Origin: a virus
Taxonomy: Duplodnaviria > Caudoviricetes
IMG/VR virus record: IMGVR_UViG_3300022221_000007
Location: 1 to 62,533 of that record
DNA: 62,533 nt
Reading direction: 5' to 3' (one strand)
In this document: piece by piece, positions 27,730 to 38,234 of the stretch
Position numbering within the stretch: position 1 is the stretch's first letter
How the letters are laid out: each line of letters begins with the position of its first letter
Notes under the pieces: generated by a model
The model's database searches: none
What the model saw: only the letters and a program-made list of their open reading frames with translations
Told to the model about the DNA's origin: nothing
Translations under genes and position numbers: made by a program

Positions 27730-29025
27730 ATGGTACAACAAGTATATGGTGTAACCGACCGTAAAACCGGTGATTCATCTCACGGACAAAACACAATTGT
27801 CCATTATTATGACAAAGCTGGTGTCAAAGCCGCTAACGCAATTGCTGTCTATGCACAGTTTGCTGACCGTCGATCTATGCCACTTAAAATGGGTACTACC
27901 TATAAAGTGTCTAAATGGTTGCATATCTATGACCGTGAAATTGGTGATACGGATTTTGCATCAAAAGGTTATTTAACTGCTCGTAACATCGCTGATGTTT
28001 CTGCGGGTTTAACCGCTGCAGGTTTGGCCGAAGGTGCTGGTGCAGTAAACCCAACTTCAATCAAGAAAGTTACCATCTCTACTGAGTTCGCTCGTTATGG
28101 TGAGATGATTGACTATACTGATGAAGTTGAAATGTTTGCAGAAGACGCTGTGCAAGTTCATTACCGTGAAGAGTTAGGCTTACTAGCTAACCGTCGGTCT
28201 GAAGACTTAATCCAGTTGGACATGCTGACTACTACAACTGCCATGTACTCTGGTTCGGCTACTTCGTTGATAACTGTTGGTACAGATATTTCTGATACTG
28301 CTGCAACAAGCATCGACGGTACTGATGATGACTTGGTTCGTGTTTCTTACGATTTAATTCGTAAGGGTGTTCGTAAGCTGGTTCGTAACCGTGCTGAAAA
28401 GAACACTTCAATCGTGACTGGTTCTACTAAGATCGATACACGTACAGTTAACAAAGCGTTCTACGCTATTGTTGGTCCAGAAGTTAAGTTTGACCTTGAG
28501 TCTTTAACTCGAAGCTCTGGTACTGCTGCTTCTGATAGTACTGAATACGTTTATGTCCCAGCGTATAAGTACGCAGATGCTACTAACCTGGCTGAAGGCG
28601 AAGTTGGTGCAATGAACGATGTTCGTTTCATCGAGTCTGAGTCTGCGGTAGTTTATGCAGGTGCTGGTGCTAAGACTCCTGGTGCTATTCCTGGTACCGA
28701 TGGTCAGTACTTAGGTGCTTTGTCTCAGACAACTCATGATGCTGCTTCTGCTGCCGCTCTTAACACCTTAACCGGTGGTTCTGCCTATGCAGCTTCTGAG
28801 TCACGTTTTGACGTTTTCCCGATCTTATTCCCAACTAAAGGTAGTTTCGCTACTGTTGGTCTAAAAGGTCATGGAAAAATTAAATTCAACGCTCAGTCAC
28901 CTGGTAAGATCGAACTGATCAACCCATACGGTACTAAAGGCTTCTTTAGTTACAATATGTGGTATGCGGGTATCATCCTTCGGGAAGAGCGTCTGTTGAA
29001 AATGTTGGTTGCTGCTTCGGCATAA
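27730..29025 (+). CDS. major capsid protein (N4 gp56 family)
   Basis: YKYAD..LAEGEVG...RFI; DVFPIL...SFATVG; NPYGTKGF. Confidence 0.9.
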   Translation: MVQQVYGVTDRKTGDSSHGQNTIVHYYDKAGVKAANAIAVYAQFADRRSMPLKMGTTYKVSKWLHIYDREIGDTDFASKGYLTARNIADVSAGLTAAGLAEGAGAVNPTSIKKVTISTEFARYGEMIDYTDEVEMFAEDAVQVHYREELGLLANRRSEDLIQLDMLTTTTAMYSGSATSLITVGTDISDTAATSIDGTDDDLVRVSYDLIRKGVRKLVRNRAEKNTSIVTGSTKIDTRTVNKAFYAIVGPEVKFDLESLTRSSGTAASDSTEYVYVPAYKYADATNLAEGEVGAMNDVRFIESESAVVYAGAGAKTPGAIPGTDGQYLGALSQTTHDAASAAALNTLTGGSAYAASESRFDVFPILFPTKGSFATVGLKGHGKIKFNAQSPGKIELINPYGTKGFFSYNMWYAGIILREERLLKMLVAASA

Positions 29026-29036
29026 GCCATAACTTA

Positions 29037-29062
29037 AAGCCTCCTCCGGGGGGCTTTTCTTT
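29037..29062 (+). terminator. intrinsic terminator after MCP
   Basis: aagcctcc-tcc-ggggggctttt. Confidence 0.7.
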
Positions 29063-29082
29063 ACTGATAAAAAGGATCTACC

Positions 29083-29637
29083 ATGACTGATCGTGAAAAA
29101 TTAATTGAAACAGCTAATGAGCTTGGCCTTGAATTTAAGGGCAACATCTCCAATACAAACTTGCAAGAATTGGTAGACAACGCTCAAAACCCTAAAGACG
29201 CTGGTGAACAAAACACTATTGAAAAACCAGAGGTTGTAACATCTCCAACTGGTGCTAAACCTGTTGCGCAGAAGGAAGAAAAAGCTCCTTCAAAGTCTTT
29301 AGACAAAGATGCTCGTCGAAGACTGAAAGTTGCTAACTCTAAGAAAAAAGCGTTAGTAAAATCAATTGTTACGCTGACTAATAAAGATCCTCGTGAAAAT
29401 ACGTCAGTCACCACTGTACCTTTAAGTGTTGAAAACCAATTCTTTTCTGTTGCCCGTATAGTTCCATTGGATGTTCCTGTAGAACTGGAAAAATGTTTAA
29501 TTGACTTAGCCGAAAGCACTATGATGGCACTACATCGTGACGAAATTATCAAAGGTGAACGTACTGGTAATAAAGTTACCGTACAAGTGAAGAAATTTGC
29601 TGTAAGCTACTCAAAAGAACAAGCTGACTCAGAGTAA
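29083..29637 (+). CDS. N4 gp55-like protein
   Basis: LIETANELGLEFKGNIS N-terminus; position after MCP. Confidence 0.6.
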   Translation: MTDREKLIETANELGLEFKGNISNTNLQELVDNAQNPKDAGEQNTIEKPEVVTSPTGAKPVAQKEEKAPSKSLDKDARRRLKVANSKKKALVKSIVTLTNKDPRENTSVTTVPLSVENQFFSVARIVPLDVPVELEKCLIDLAESTMMALHRDEIIKGERTGNKVTVQVKKFAVSYSKEQADSE

Positions 29638-29644
29638 ATAAAAA

Positions 29645-30175
29645 ATGGCTGACATAAAATTAGAAGACCTAACTAACGCTACTACAGTTTCTGACGGTAC
29701 TGGTGTACTTGATGTATTGATGAAGACAATCAATCTTCATGTTGTAAAGCAGTTCGATATGGGACGCATTACGGGTCCTGAATACGCTACTGTTTACGTT
29801 GGTGCTCTACAGTCAGCCATATCTGAATCAATTAAATTCTTGCTTGGAGAGCAAGCTGCAGGACTCCAAGCAGATCTTCTTGAAGAAAAAATTGAAAGTG
29901 AAAGAAAGAATAATGGCACCGATGGAAGTATTGATAAAAAAGATGCTTTAGTTGATGCACAAGCTCTTGGGTTCAAACTGGACGCTAAACAAAAACTGTT
30001 AAAATCAATGCTTGACGGTTTCGCAGTTAACGCTTCAGTTTCTGGAACTCTGGGTAATGTACCTGAGACAACTCTTGATGGTTCTATTGATCAACTATCC
30101 CAGGAAATACTGAGTGATCTTAACTCTTTGGTTACAATCCAAACTGTTCCTGAAACTGCTGAAATAGAAGCATAA
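29645..30175 (+). CDS. N4 gp54-like structural protein
   Basis: GTGVLDVLM...GRITGPEYATVY. Confidence 0.65.
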   Translation: MADIKLEDLTNATTVSDGTGVLDVLMKTINLHVVKQFDMGRITGPEYATVYVGALQSAISESIKFLLGEQAAGLQADLLEEKIESERKNNGTDGSIDKKDALVDAQALGFKLDAKQKLLKSMLDGFAVNASVSGTLGNVPETTLDGSIDQLSQEILSDLNSLVTIQTVPETAEIEA

Positions 30176-30193
30176 CCACAAACAGAGAAAACT

Positions 30194-32986
30194 ATGGCAT
30201 GGAACCCGTTTAAGTCAGTAGTTAATTTCTTTGTCGATGTTGTGGAAACTACTTATGAAGCCATAGTAGATGCTGTCGAATGGACTTGGGATAATATAAC
30301 TTACCCCGTTATTGAGGGAACATTCTACTTACTTGGTATAAAAGCAGAAACTGTAGTACAAGTGGATAAAATCACCACTAAGATTATGGGTGATGACGTT
30401 TCTCAAACAGTAAAGAAAACTAAAGTTAAAGCGGTTATTGAATACATATCGTCTAATGAAAGTTTTTTTAACGTATACATGAGGAACATGAATACCGCAA
30501 AAGCACAAGTCAGCGCATACCATAACTTCGGAGAGAACACTTACACCTACGGGCTCCCTACACTAACTGTTTATGGAAAAATAATGGATTTGGCAGCGGT
30601 AAAAACTGCTATTGACTTAGACCTAACTATAAATTCCACGGTAGTATCTGCTAATCAGGTAGCTCCACTACTTCGACAAAAAACTGAATACTATTTGCAG
30701 GAAACTGCCCCCTACAATTATAAACCCGGACAAAACCTATTAAGCTATAATGATTCCTGGGGAAACAGTAGGGAATGGGGTTTTGATTCCGTTGTAGATA
30801 ATATTACGGACTACACCGTAAGTATCTCCAGAACAGCTACGAGAAACCACTTCTGGATTTATGGACCAGGAACGGTAGTCGAAGGGGATAGTGCTACCTA
30901 CACAATCTACTCGAGTAGTTTGATACCTACCGGTAAATCGTTACCTATCAATTTAATTTATAGTGGTACAGCAGTAGATGGGGTAGATTTCACATCCGTT
31001 GCACAAGTAACAATGCTGGCTGATACTGATTCTGTTCAGGTAGTCATACCGACTACTGAAAATACTGCTCCTCACGTAGCTCGTAATCTCATTGTTGAGA
31101 TTGGCAGCTTAGATAATGCCTTAGATGTTTTTGATGATCCAAGTATTTACCCTTCACTTAAATCAGTAGATACCAATATAACAGACGATGAAGGTGTTAT
31201 TTTAACAATGCCTTATGGTTTAGTTAACGAATCTGATACCAGTATTACCATTCCTGTGAAACTAGAAAATGCAGCAGCTGGGGCTTTTACTGTTGATTAC
31301 AGTTTTGTGGATGGAACAGCTGTTGGTGTTGTAGGTGGAGGTTCTGGGAGTGACTACGACTCAACTCCTGGGACTTTAAACTTTGCAGGTACTGGAAGTG
31401 AAATACAAAATATTGTCATACCTATCACTGTAGATGCCCTGGATGACGACCAAGAAGTATTTACCGTAAACTTGACTAACTGTTCAGACCCGGCAGTAAC
31501 GCTAACTAGCACAAGCATAGTGATATGGGATGGTACTTCTGATCCAATTACCGGACCTGTAGTATTGAACGACTCTTTTACTATTGCTCCAATAGTCAAT
31601 AAGAACGTAGTTATGGCTAAATACCATGAGGCAGCTAACCCAGCTACTGATTGGTATCTATGGAGATATGATCAAGATTTAGGTACTTACCCAGACGTAA
31701 AAGCCAAGGAGGAAACCTTTACTGACCTGGACATGCTGCCTGTAGCTATTCTTAGAAAGAATAAAGTAAATATTGTTCCAGAAGACCCATCTTACAACCC
31801 GACTAATCAAATGTTGAAAAGACTTCAAATGAACTTAAAGGATGTGTTGGCCAACATAGATTCTGAAGATAACCCACAACCGGGTGTTGATGATTGCTAC
31901 ATAAACTTTGCTGTCAGTCCTCAAGACAATAACAGAATGGTATCCAGGTTAATGTTTAGGATGTTCTACATGTTCCATGTGGATCTTCTTCTCGTTAGTG
32001 ATACTGGAGAGTACAAAGCAACTTTTGTTGAGCAAGATATTAACAATGCTTTTATATGGTCTAGTTTTGAGTGGAATCCGGATCAAGTAGGTGACTTAGG
32101 AATTCCTATTGGTGACTACAAACATACCGTAGTCCCAAAAAGTGGTTCAGGAGAAGATGAAATACCATCCAAACTAATAATGCAATACCAAAAAACAGCC
32201 AACAGCTATGACGAAATAGTGATAGGGGCGTTAAACTCAGTAACGGCTATATCTTATGGTACTCACCATAATGTTGTACTAAAAACAATTACCGATAGTG
32301 CATTAACCTTACCAGTGTCTTACCACATACTTAAAGAATTAACTTTTGAAGAACAACTTGAAGTATATGGATACATGTTAAGGTTAGACTTCACAGCTAT
32401 TGAGGTAACTCATTTAGAGTTTTATGAAACACAGTTATTTGCAGATTTTTTTGAATTTGCAATGATTGTAATAACCATACTTTCTCTAGGTTCCGCAGGG
32501 TCATTAGCGGCAATAGCCACACAACTAGTTACCCAATATTTACTAATGGAACTAGTGATGTTTGTGGCAGAAGAAACGGGAAATGAAGTTCTCGCAGCAG
32601 TAGTTGGTGTAGTAGCCGCAATAACTTTAGGAAACACCAGCGGGTTGAAACTTGGTAAGTTGGTGAATGCTGAAGACCTACTTAAGGTAACCACTAACTT
32701 TGCGCAGAACTACTCTATTGCAGCTGGTGTCAGTATGGAAAAGTTGCAAGGAGATATGGAAGAATTTACCAGTGTGTATGAGCAACGTCAGAAAGACTTT
32801 GAAGATGTTGAAGAAGAGTTGGAGTTAAATCTTGATGCTACATTTCTTGTAGGACTTCAGTCAGTAAACACTCAGCTATACAAAGCCGTCCAAAACCAAT
32901 ATGATTATGACACCATCTTCAATGGTCCGGACATTAACGTATCCCGGTTCGTAGACACTCAGTTGAGCAAGTCTCAAATTATTTAG
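30194..32986 (+). CDS. N4 gp53-like virion protein with two Calx-beta domains
   Basis: Synteny; SGTAVDGVDF and VDYSFVDGTA..DY..TPGTLNF...EVFTVNL repeats. Confidence 0.65.
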   Translation: MAWNPFKSVVNFFVDVVETTYEAIVDAVEWTWDNITYPVIEGTFYLLGIKAETVVQVDKITTKIMGDDVSQTVKKTKVKAVIEYISSNESFFNVYMRNMNTAKAQVSAYHNFGENTYTYGLPTLTVYGKIMDLAAVKTAIDLDLTINSTVVSANQVAPLLRQKTEYYLQETAPYNYKPGQNLLSYNDSWGNSREWGFDSVVDNITDYTVSISRTATRNHFWIYGPGTVVEGDSATYTIYSSSLIPTGKSLPINLIYSGTAVDGVDFTSVAQVTMLADTDSVQVVIPTTENTAPHVARNLIVEIGSLDNALDVFDDPSIYPSLKSVDTNITDDEGVILTMPYGLVNESDTSITIPVKLENAAAGAFTVDYSFVDGTAVGVVGGGSGSDYDSTPGTLNFAGTGSEIQNIVIPITVDALDDDQEVFTVNLTNCSDPAVTLTSTSIVIWDGTSDPITGPVVLNDSFTIAPIVNKNVVMAKYHEAANPATDWYLWRYDQDLGTYPDVKAKEETFTDLDMLPVAILRKNKVNIVPEDPSYNPTNQMLKRLQMNLKDVLANIDSEDNPQPGVDDCYINFAVSPQDNNRMVSRLMFRMFYMFHVDLLLVSDTGEYKATFVEQDINNAFIWSSFEWNPDQVGDLGIPIGDYKHTVVPKSGSGEDEIPSKLIMQYQKTANSYDEIVIGALNSVTAISYGTHHNVVLKTITDSALTLPVSYHILKELTFEEQLEVYGYMLRLDFTAIEVTHLEFYETQLFADFFEFAMIVITILSLGSAGSLAAIATQLVTQYLLMELVMFVAEETGNEVLAAVVGVVAAITLGNTSGLKLGKLVNAEDLLKVTTNFAQNYSIAAGVSMEKLQGDMEEFTSVYEQRQKDFEDVEEELELNLDATFLVGLQSVNTQLYKAVQNQYDYDTIFNGPDINVSRFVDTQLSKSQII

Positions 32987-33076
32987 TAAATTGTACTAGT
33001 CTTAGGATTAGGAATTTTTAATAACTGAGTCAGGCAAGACTCAACAAAACCCGGACATCCGGGAGGAGTGTAACTT

Positions 33077-33496
33077 ATGGTAGAGTCTCTAGCAGATCTA
33101 TATAAATTTGGTAGCGGAAGAGAAGCCGGACTAGCTGAACTTGGCACAAACCAAATAGGATTACCTCAAGGTAATGGTGTTTGGCAAGGTATGAAAAACT
33201 TCGGAGGTAAGACCGGAGATTTCTTGACTTCAGACAAATTTGCCAACGGTATGCAAGGCATCACAAGCTTAGCTGGTGCTCTTAGTGCTTACAAGCAACT
33301 AGGCCTTATGGAAGATCAGTTTGATCTTAATAAAGGGTTAGCCAATAGAAACCTTTCAAACCAGGCAGCAACACTGAACCCTCAACTACTTGATCGGGCA
33401 AAAATGCAAGCTCAAATGTACGGTAATGCACCGGGGTCAACAGGCTATTCTTTAGCTGAGTCTAGTGCTCCACGTGTTGATGGTTCTGCAATATAA
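33077..33496 (+). CDS. small ejection protein (N4 gp52-like)
   Basis: Gly-rich amphipathic; precedes large internal proteins. Confidence 0.55.
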   Translation: MVESLADLYKFGSGREAGLAELGTNQIGLPQGNGVWQGMKNFGGKTGDFLTSDKFANGMQGITSLAGALSAYKQLGLMEDQFDLNKGLANRNLSNQAATLNPQLLDRAKMQAQMYGNAPGSTGYSLAESSAPRVDGSAI

Positions 33497-33514
33497 CAAC
33501 TTATAGGTGATAAA

Positions 33515-35299
33515 ATGGCTACTCCACTACTTTGGCGTGATGCCCAACTTCAAAATACCAGCTTAAACCCCAATGCAGCATTGGGTGTTGCGTCTGGAGC
33601 TGCTGCTGCCTTAAGTAAAAATATCGCAGATCGAAAACGGTTAGCGCTTGCGCAGGAAAAACTACTTTCTGATGAAGCCTTTAGAAACAAACAACTAGCT
33701 TCTAATGAAGCTCACAGAAACCGTTTGCAAGACTGGACGGAAGGTGCTCAACAACGTGAAATGGATCTTACCTCTCGCAGAGCTAAAGACGCTCAGAAAC
33801 TGCTAAGTGGGTTTGAGGATGAAGCTCGAATAAACATTGTGGATGTAAATCCTGAAGAACTGGTAGCTCTTAAAAACCAGGAATTAGCCGGTGGTCCTTT
33901 GTTTAGAGAAAGTGGTCCTTCACAAGGCAACCGTGTTGTAAGCCCACAAGACACTTCAGGTAGATTCAGACTTGAAGACTATGACCAATTAATGTCAGAT
34001 TCTCGTAACCTTGTTAACCAGGCTAATGCTGAAACTCGTGCTAATCCTTCACTATTTGTGGACCCTAATACTATGAAGCGTCAGGTTACTCAGCAAATGC
34101 GTGAGAAAGGGTACAAAGACGAAAACATATCACCATTGTTGGGAAGTTACTTTGCTGAACATTTCCCAACTGCAGACCCTGCCCTAGCTCAGGAAGTAAT
34201 CAAAGGAATCAACGCAGAAAAGACTGCAGCTGAGTTATTTGGGGATAAGTTTGTAGCTGATGCTAAAAGTGGTAACTTTGGTTCTGGTTCTGGAGGATCA
34301 AACTCAGAAATGCACAAGGACTTCACTTCAGTAGATAACTACCTTGAAGCGAGAAAGTTCAAAAAAGGAAGTGAAGGCTTCTTTGATAATTGGTTCGATG
34401 AAGATGTTTATGAAGACGATATTCGTACCTACACAACAAGAATGGCTAACTTGAAAGTTCCACCTCCAGTAGCTCTAAGTCTGCTAGATGGAATGATTAA
34501 AGATAAGGAACTTTCTCAAGATCAGTTCTTAAGCGACGAAAATTTTGGAAAACTAGCAGCAGCAGCTCAAATCCGTATGGGTGGTATGGGTTCTGGTCAA
34601 ACAGGAAATCCTGCTGACTTAATAAAATTGTTCAATATGGGTCAGGAAGATAAGAAAAACAGAATTGGACAAGCATTAGCCAGTACCCAAATGAGACAGG
34701 TAACTCCCGAACAACGACGAGCTTCAGTGTTTGGAAACGAAGCTGTTCAACTCGGTCGTCGTGATCAGCCATCTGATCCGGTAGTTGACATCTCTAATGA
34801 CCAAGGAAGTATTGATAGCGGAGTAGACCAACTACTCGGTGTACAACCAGAAGAGGTAACTCAACCAGGTAAATTATCTGCTGTTAACCAACGTATTGAA
34901 GATGTTAAAGCAGAAAAAGCTGCTGATCGTGCTGAGCAAATAGCTAATCTTCAGGAATTTGCTAGACAGTATGCTCAAGAAGGGGATACCCAGGCAGAGC
35001 AACAAACATTAGATAAAATTGAAGAGCTGAAAAATTTTGGCAATACCCCTAAAGAAAAGGTTGCTGATAAGCCAGTACTTGAGAGTGGTTCTTTCTTTAA
35101 AAACCTAGGAAACAAAAGTGACTCTGTTTTTAGTCCTAGAGTTCTAAGAGAGTTGCAACAGAAACCTACTTCAGCTTTGAAGCAAATGCTGAAAACAAAT
35201 AAGTACACTCCTGAAGTATTAGCAGAGCTGAAGGAAATTATTAAATCGAGAGAATCTCAGAAATCTTCGGGCAATAGACTCTTTGGCGAACCGCAATAA
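33515..35299 (+). CDS. internal virion/ejection protein (N4 gp51-like position)
   Basis: 594 aa, helical, synteny. Confidence 0.55.
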   Translation: MATPLLWRDAQLQNTSLNPNAALGVASGAAAALSKNIADRKRLALAQEKLLSDEAFRNKQLASNEAHRNRLQDWTEGAQQREMDLTSRRAKDAQKLLSGFEDEARINIVDVNPEELVALKNQELAGGPLFRESGPSQGNRVVSPQDTSGRFRLEDYDQLMSDSRNLVNQANAETRANPSLFVDPNTMKRQVTQQMREKGYKDENISPLLGSYFAEHFPTADPALAQEVIKGINAEKTAAELFGDKFVADAKSGNFGSGSGGSNSEMHKDFTSVDNYLEARKFKKGSEGFFDNWFDEDVYEDDIRTYTTRMANLKVPPPVALSLLDGMIKDKELSQDQFLSDENFGKLAAAAQIRMGGMGSGQTGNPADLIKLFNMGQEDKKNRIGQALASTQMRQVTPEQRRASVFGNEAVQLGRRDQPSDPVVDISNDQGSIDSGVDQLLGVQPEEVTQPGKLSAVNQRIEDVKAEKAADRAEQIANLQEFARQYAQEGDTQAEQQTLDKIEELKNFGNTPKEKVADKPVLESGSFFKNLGNKSDSVFSPRVLRELQQKPTSALKQMLKTNKYTPEVLAELKEIIKSRESQKSSGNRLFGEPQ

Positions 35300-35308
35300 G
35301 GAATCAGT

Positions 35309-38227
35309 ATGGGTATTTTTGACAATCTGGTAGCTGCACAACAAGATCCTTACAGCGATATTCTTGCGCCTAAGAAAACTCTGTTGCAAACAAAACAGGA
35401 ATTATTGGCCAGTAAGATGGTCGAGAAAGAAGATAACTTCGATCCTAACATCGGCTCTCTAGCTGCCTACGACGAATTAACTCGTCAGGGTGGTGAAGAT
35501 ATAGGGTTACTGGACTTAGCTGAAGCCAGCCTATATAGAGGAGCTGGTAACATTGCTGATGTTGGTAAAGATGTCAGTAATGCCATATTTGGAAGTGAGT
35601 TTGATTCTGCTGCTGATACCGGATACTCAAATCCTGAACTTGCAGACATAGCTGCCGGGGTATCTCCGGAAGATCGTCAAGCTTTCCAGGCTAAACAGGG
35701 GCAAGTACTTACTGATGTAGCTGAAGGTGATTACTGGTCTGCAGCTAAGAATGCTGCTGCTGTGGGTTTACCTACTTTGGCTGATAGTGCTGCTTCCCTT
35801 GCTGAAATTGCTATAGGAACAGCTGCTGCCCCTATAGCCGGTGCAGGGGCTGGTTTACTGGCCAAGAAAGCAAAAGATATAACTAAGGGTATTGTTGGTA
35901 TTAGCAACGCTTACAGCAAGGCTGAAGAGGCTGTAGCTGCAAAGAAAGCTGCTAAGACTCTTAGCAAAAGTATGGAATTCCTACAGAATCGTAAGAAAGA
36001 TGCAGCTCGAACAAGCTTAATGACAGCTGACATGGTTCAGCAACAACGTAACGAGTATAAAGAACAGAATAACGGTGAAGAACCATCTGCAGCTCGTTTA
36101 GCTACCATGGTAGTGACCACATCTCTGCTCGCATCTCTTGAAGTACCGATCATCAACAAACTATTTGTGCCAAAAGTAGTTGGTAAAGCCAAAGTACTAG
36201 ATAAGGCTGGTAAGCAGGTTACTGACCCTAAACTTCGTGAACAGTTTGTTGCCGAAGCAAAGCGTATGATGAACTACGTTGAGGAAGGTACTCTCGAGTC
36301 TATTGGTAAGAGAGTTCTGTCAGGTACCGGGAAAGTCTTTGCAGCTGGCGGAGCTGAAGCAGCACAGGAATATGCTCAGACCTGGGGTGAGATCCTAAGC
36401 GTTAAAGTAGGTAATGATGAAGCTCAAGGTTTAGTTGCTTCCATGATCGAAGAAATTACCGATATGGAAAATAGAAACCAGGCAACTACCGGTGCATTCT
36501 TAGGTGGAGCTGCTGGTGGAGCAGGTAAAGCTGTTATCTCTGGACCAGCAGTTGCCGGTGGAGCAATATTCGATACCGGTAAAGGAATTACTAAAGCTGC
36601 AGCTAAACAACTGGATGTACGTAGGTTGGCTAAAGGCAATAAGCTCATATCTGCTGAAAAACAGGAAGAGATCCGACAAGATCATGAACTTCGTGAAAAA
36701 GTTCATAAAGAGCTCGAAGCTGATAGAGCTCAGAAAATTGATGCACTCAGCACCGCTAAGAGTATTGATGACGTAACTGACGAAGATATACGAAGAGACT
36801 TAGTTAAGTTTGCCAATAACCAGAACCTTAATGATCCGGAAGTATTCGAGAACGCTTTACACAAGACAATACGAAATTTCGGAGGCCAGGTTAAAGCATC
36901 AGCAGTTAAACTTCAGGCTGTTACTGCAGGTAAGCAAGCCAAGGAAGCAGGAACTGCTGTTGTCAGAGAAATCGGTAAGAAGGTTAATGTCTCAAAAGAA
37001 GATATTGAACGGGTTGCCAAAAAAGCTAAAGCGCTCGGTATTGAGGCTATTGAGGAAATTAAAGATTTCGAGAACTCAGGAACAATTGGTTTAGTAGAAG
37101 CTGCTATCGAATACGGGGGTGTAAAAGGTAAAGAAGGCCAACGTATGCTGGTTAAAGCTGTTAAAAACAGCAGCCCAGCTGTTATCGAAAGTGTGGCTAA
37201 AGCCATTAACAATCAACTTCCGGATACTGCGATAGAACTGCGTAAACTAGCTGCTTCACAGGAAAAATTCCTAGAGCAGGAAGAACGTCGTAATGCGTCA
37301 TTGATCGATTATGAATCCATTCCTGAAACTATTAGGGAAATGGCTGCTGTTGGTAAAATACATAAAGGAAGTATTTCCTCTGCTTTATATGAAATTTTGG
37401 ATACTGCTGCTGCAAGGTTTGAAGATACCAAATCGATAGACACCATGGAAAAGGCTATAGCAGCTTATGAAAATAGTGCTTCTACGGAAGACTTGGACAA
37501 GTATTCTGCCAGGTTAAAATCGGTGAAGAAAAAGCTGGCTAATTCCCGTAGAGAAATTGATGACACAGTAATCAAGAAAACAGCAGCTAAGATTAAAGAA
37601 ACAGTTACTGAAGCAGTAGATAAGTTTACCCCTGGAACTGTTGAAGCCTTTAATAAATTAGGCAAAAAAGGTGAAGAGGCTATTGAGTCTTTAGACCTAA
37701 TACTTTCTGATGTTGTGAGTGGTCAAAAACGTACTCGACGTAAGATTACAGATCCTGGTGATGACAGCATCAAATACACAGTAAACTTAACGGAAACAGG
37801 GGTTAAGTTCGCTGAAGGTTTAATGGCAATGTCCACGGACACTAAAGGAGCTGTTGACGAAGATGCTGCGCGTAAAGCCCTAGAGATGGCTGCTGATGAT
37901 TTAGCTGAGGCTTTAGTCAGCACACCCGCACTGGTAGTTCATTTAGCTAATCATTTTGGAGTATCAGATCCTAAAGCTGTCATGGCCTTATTGGTTAATG
38001 TGGTACCTACACTCAGCACAAAAGAGCGTTACAGCAAACTTTTAGAAGTAGCCGAAAAAGCTTTAAAACCTGCGGAAGAAATTCAAGTAACAGAGGTGGA
38101 GGAAACTGGTAAGGTTACAGTAGACAAAAATGATGATAATGTTCCATACCAAGACACTAAAGCATCTAAAGATCTTCGTGAGATATTTATCAACGAAGTA
38201 TTAATGAAAGCCAAACTTTGCCCGTGA
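35309..38227 (+). CDS. large internal virion protein, probable equivalent of the N4 vRNAP N-terminal domain
   Basis: 972 aa, Ala/Gly-rich membrane-like segments (EAAQEYAQ, GAFLGGAAGG); directly upstream of vRNAP. Confidence 0.6.
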   Translation: MGIFDNLVAAQQDPYSDILAPKKTLLQTKQELLASKMVEKEDNFDPNIGSLAAYDELTRQGGEDIGLLDLAEASLYRGAGNIADVGKDVSNAIFGSEFDSAADTGYSNPELADIAAGVSPEDRQAFQAKQGQVLTDVAEGDYWSAAKNAAAVGLPTLADSAASLAEIAIGTAAAPIAGAGAGLLAKKAKDITKGIVGISNAYSKAEEAVAAKKAAKTLSKSMEFLQNRKKDAARTSLMTADMVQQQRNEYKEQNNGEEPSAARLATMVVTTSLLASLEVPIINKLFVPKVVGKAKVLDKAGKQVTDPKLREQFVAEAKRMMNYVEEGTLESIGKRVLSGTGKVFAAGGAEAAQEYAQTWGEILSVKVGNDEAQGLVASMIEEITDMENRNQATTGAFLGGAAGGAGKAVISGPAVAGGAIFDTGKGITKAAAKQLDVRRLAKGNKLISAEKQEEIRQDHELREKVHKELEADRAQKIDALSTAKSIDDVTDEDIRRDLVKFANNQNLNDPEVFENALHKTIRNFGGQVKASAVKLQAVTAGKQAKEAGTAVVREIGKKVNVSKEDIERVAKKAKALGIEAIEEIKDFENSGTIGLVEAAIEYGGVKGKEGQRMLVKAVKNSSPAVIESVAKAINNQLPDTAIELRKLAASQEKFLEQEERRNASLIDYESIPETIREMAAVGKIHKGSISSALYEILDTAAARFEDTKSIDTMEKAIAAYENSASTEDLDKYSARLKSVKKKLANSRREIDDTVIKKTAAKIKETVTEAVDKFTPGTVEAFNKLGKKGEEAIESLDLILSDVVSGQKRTRRKITDPGDDSIKYTVNLTETGVKFAEGLMAMSTDTKGAVDEDAARKALEMAADDLAEALVSTPALVVHLANHFGVSDPKAVMALLVNVVPTLSTKERYSKLLEVAEKALKPAEEIQVTEVEETGKVTVDKNDDNVPYQDTKASKDLREIFINEVLMKAKLCP

Positions 38228-38234
38228 GTAAATT

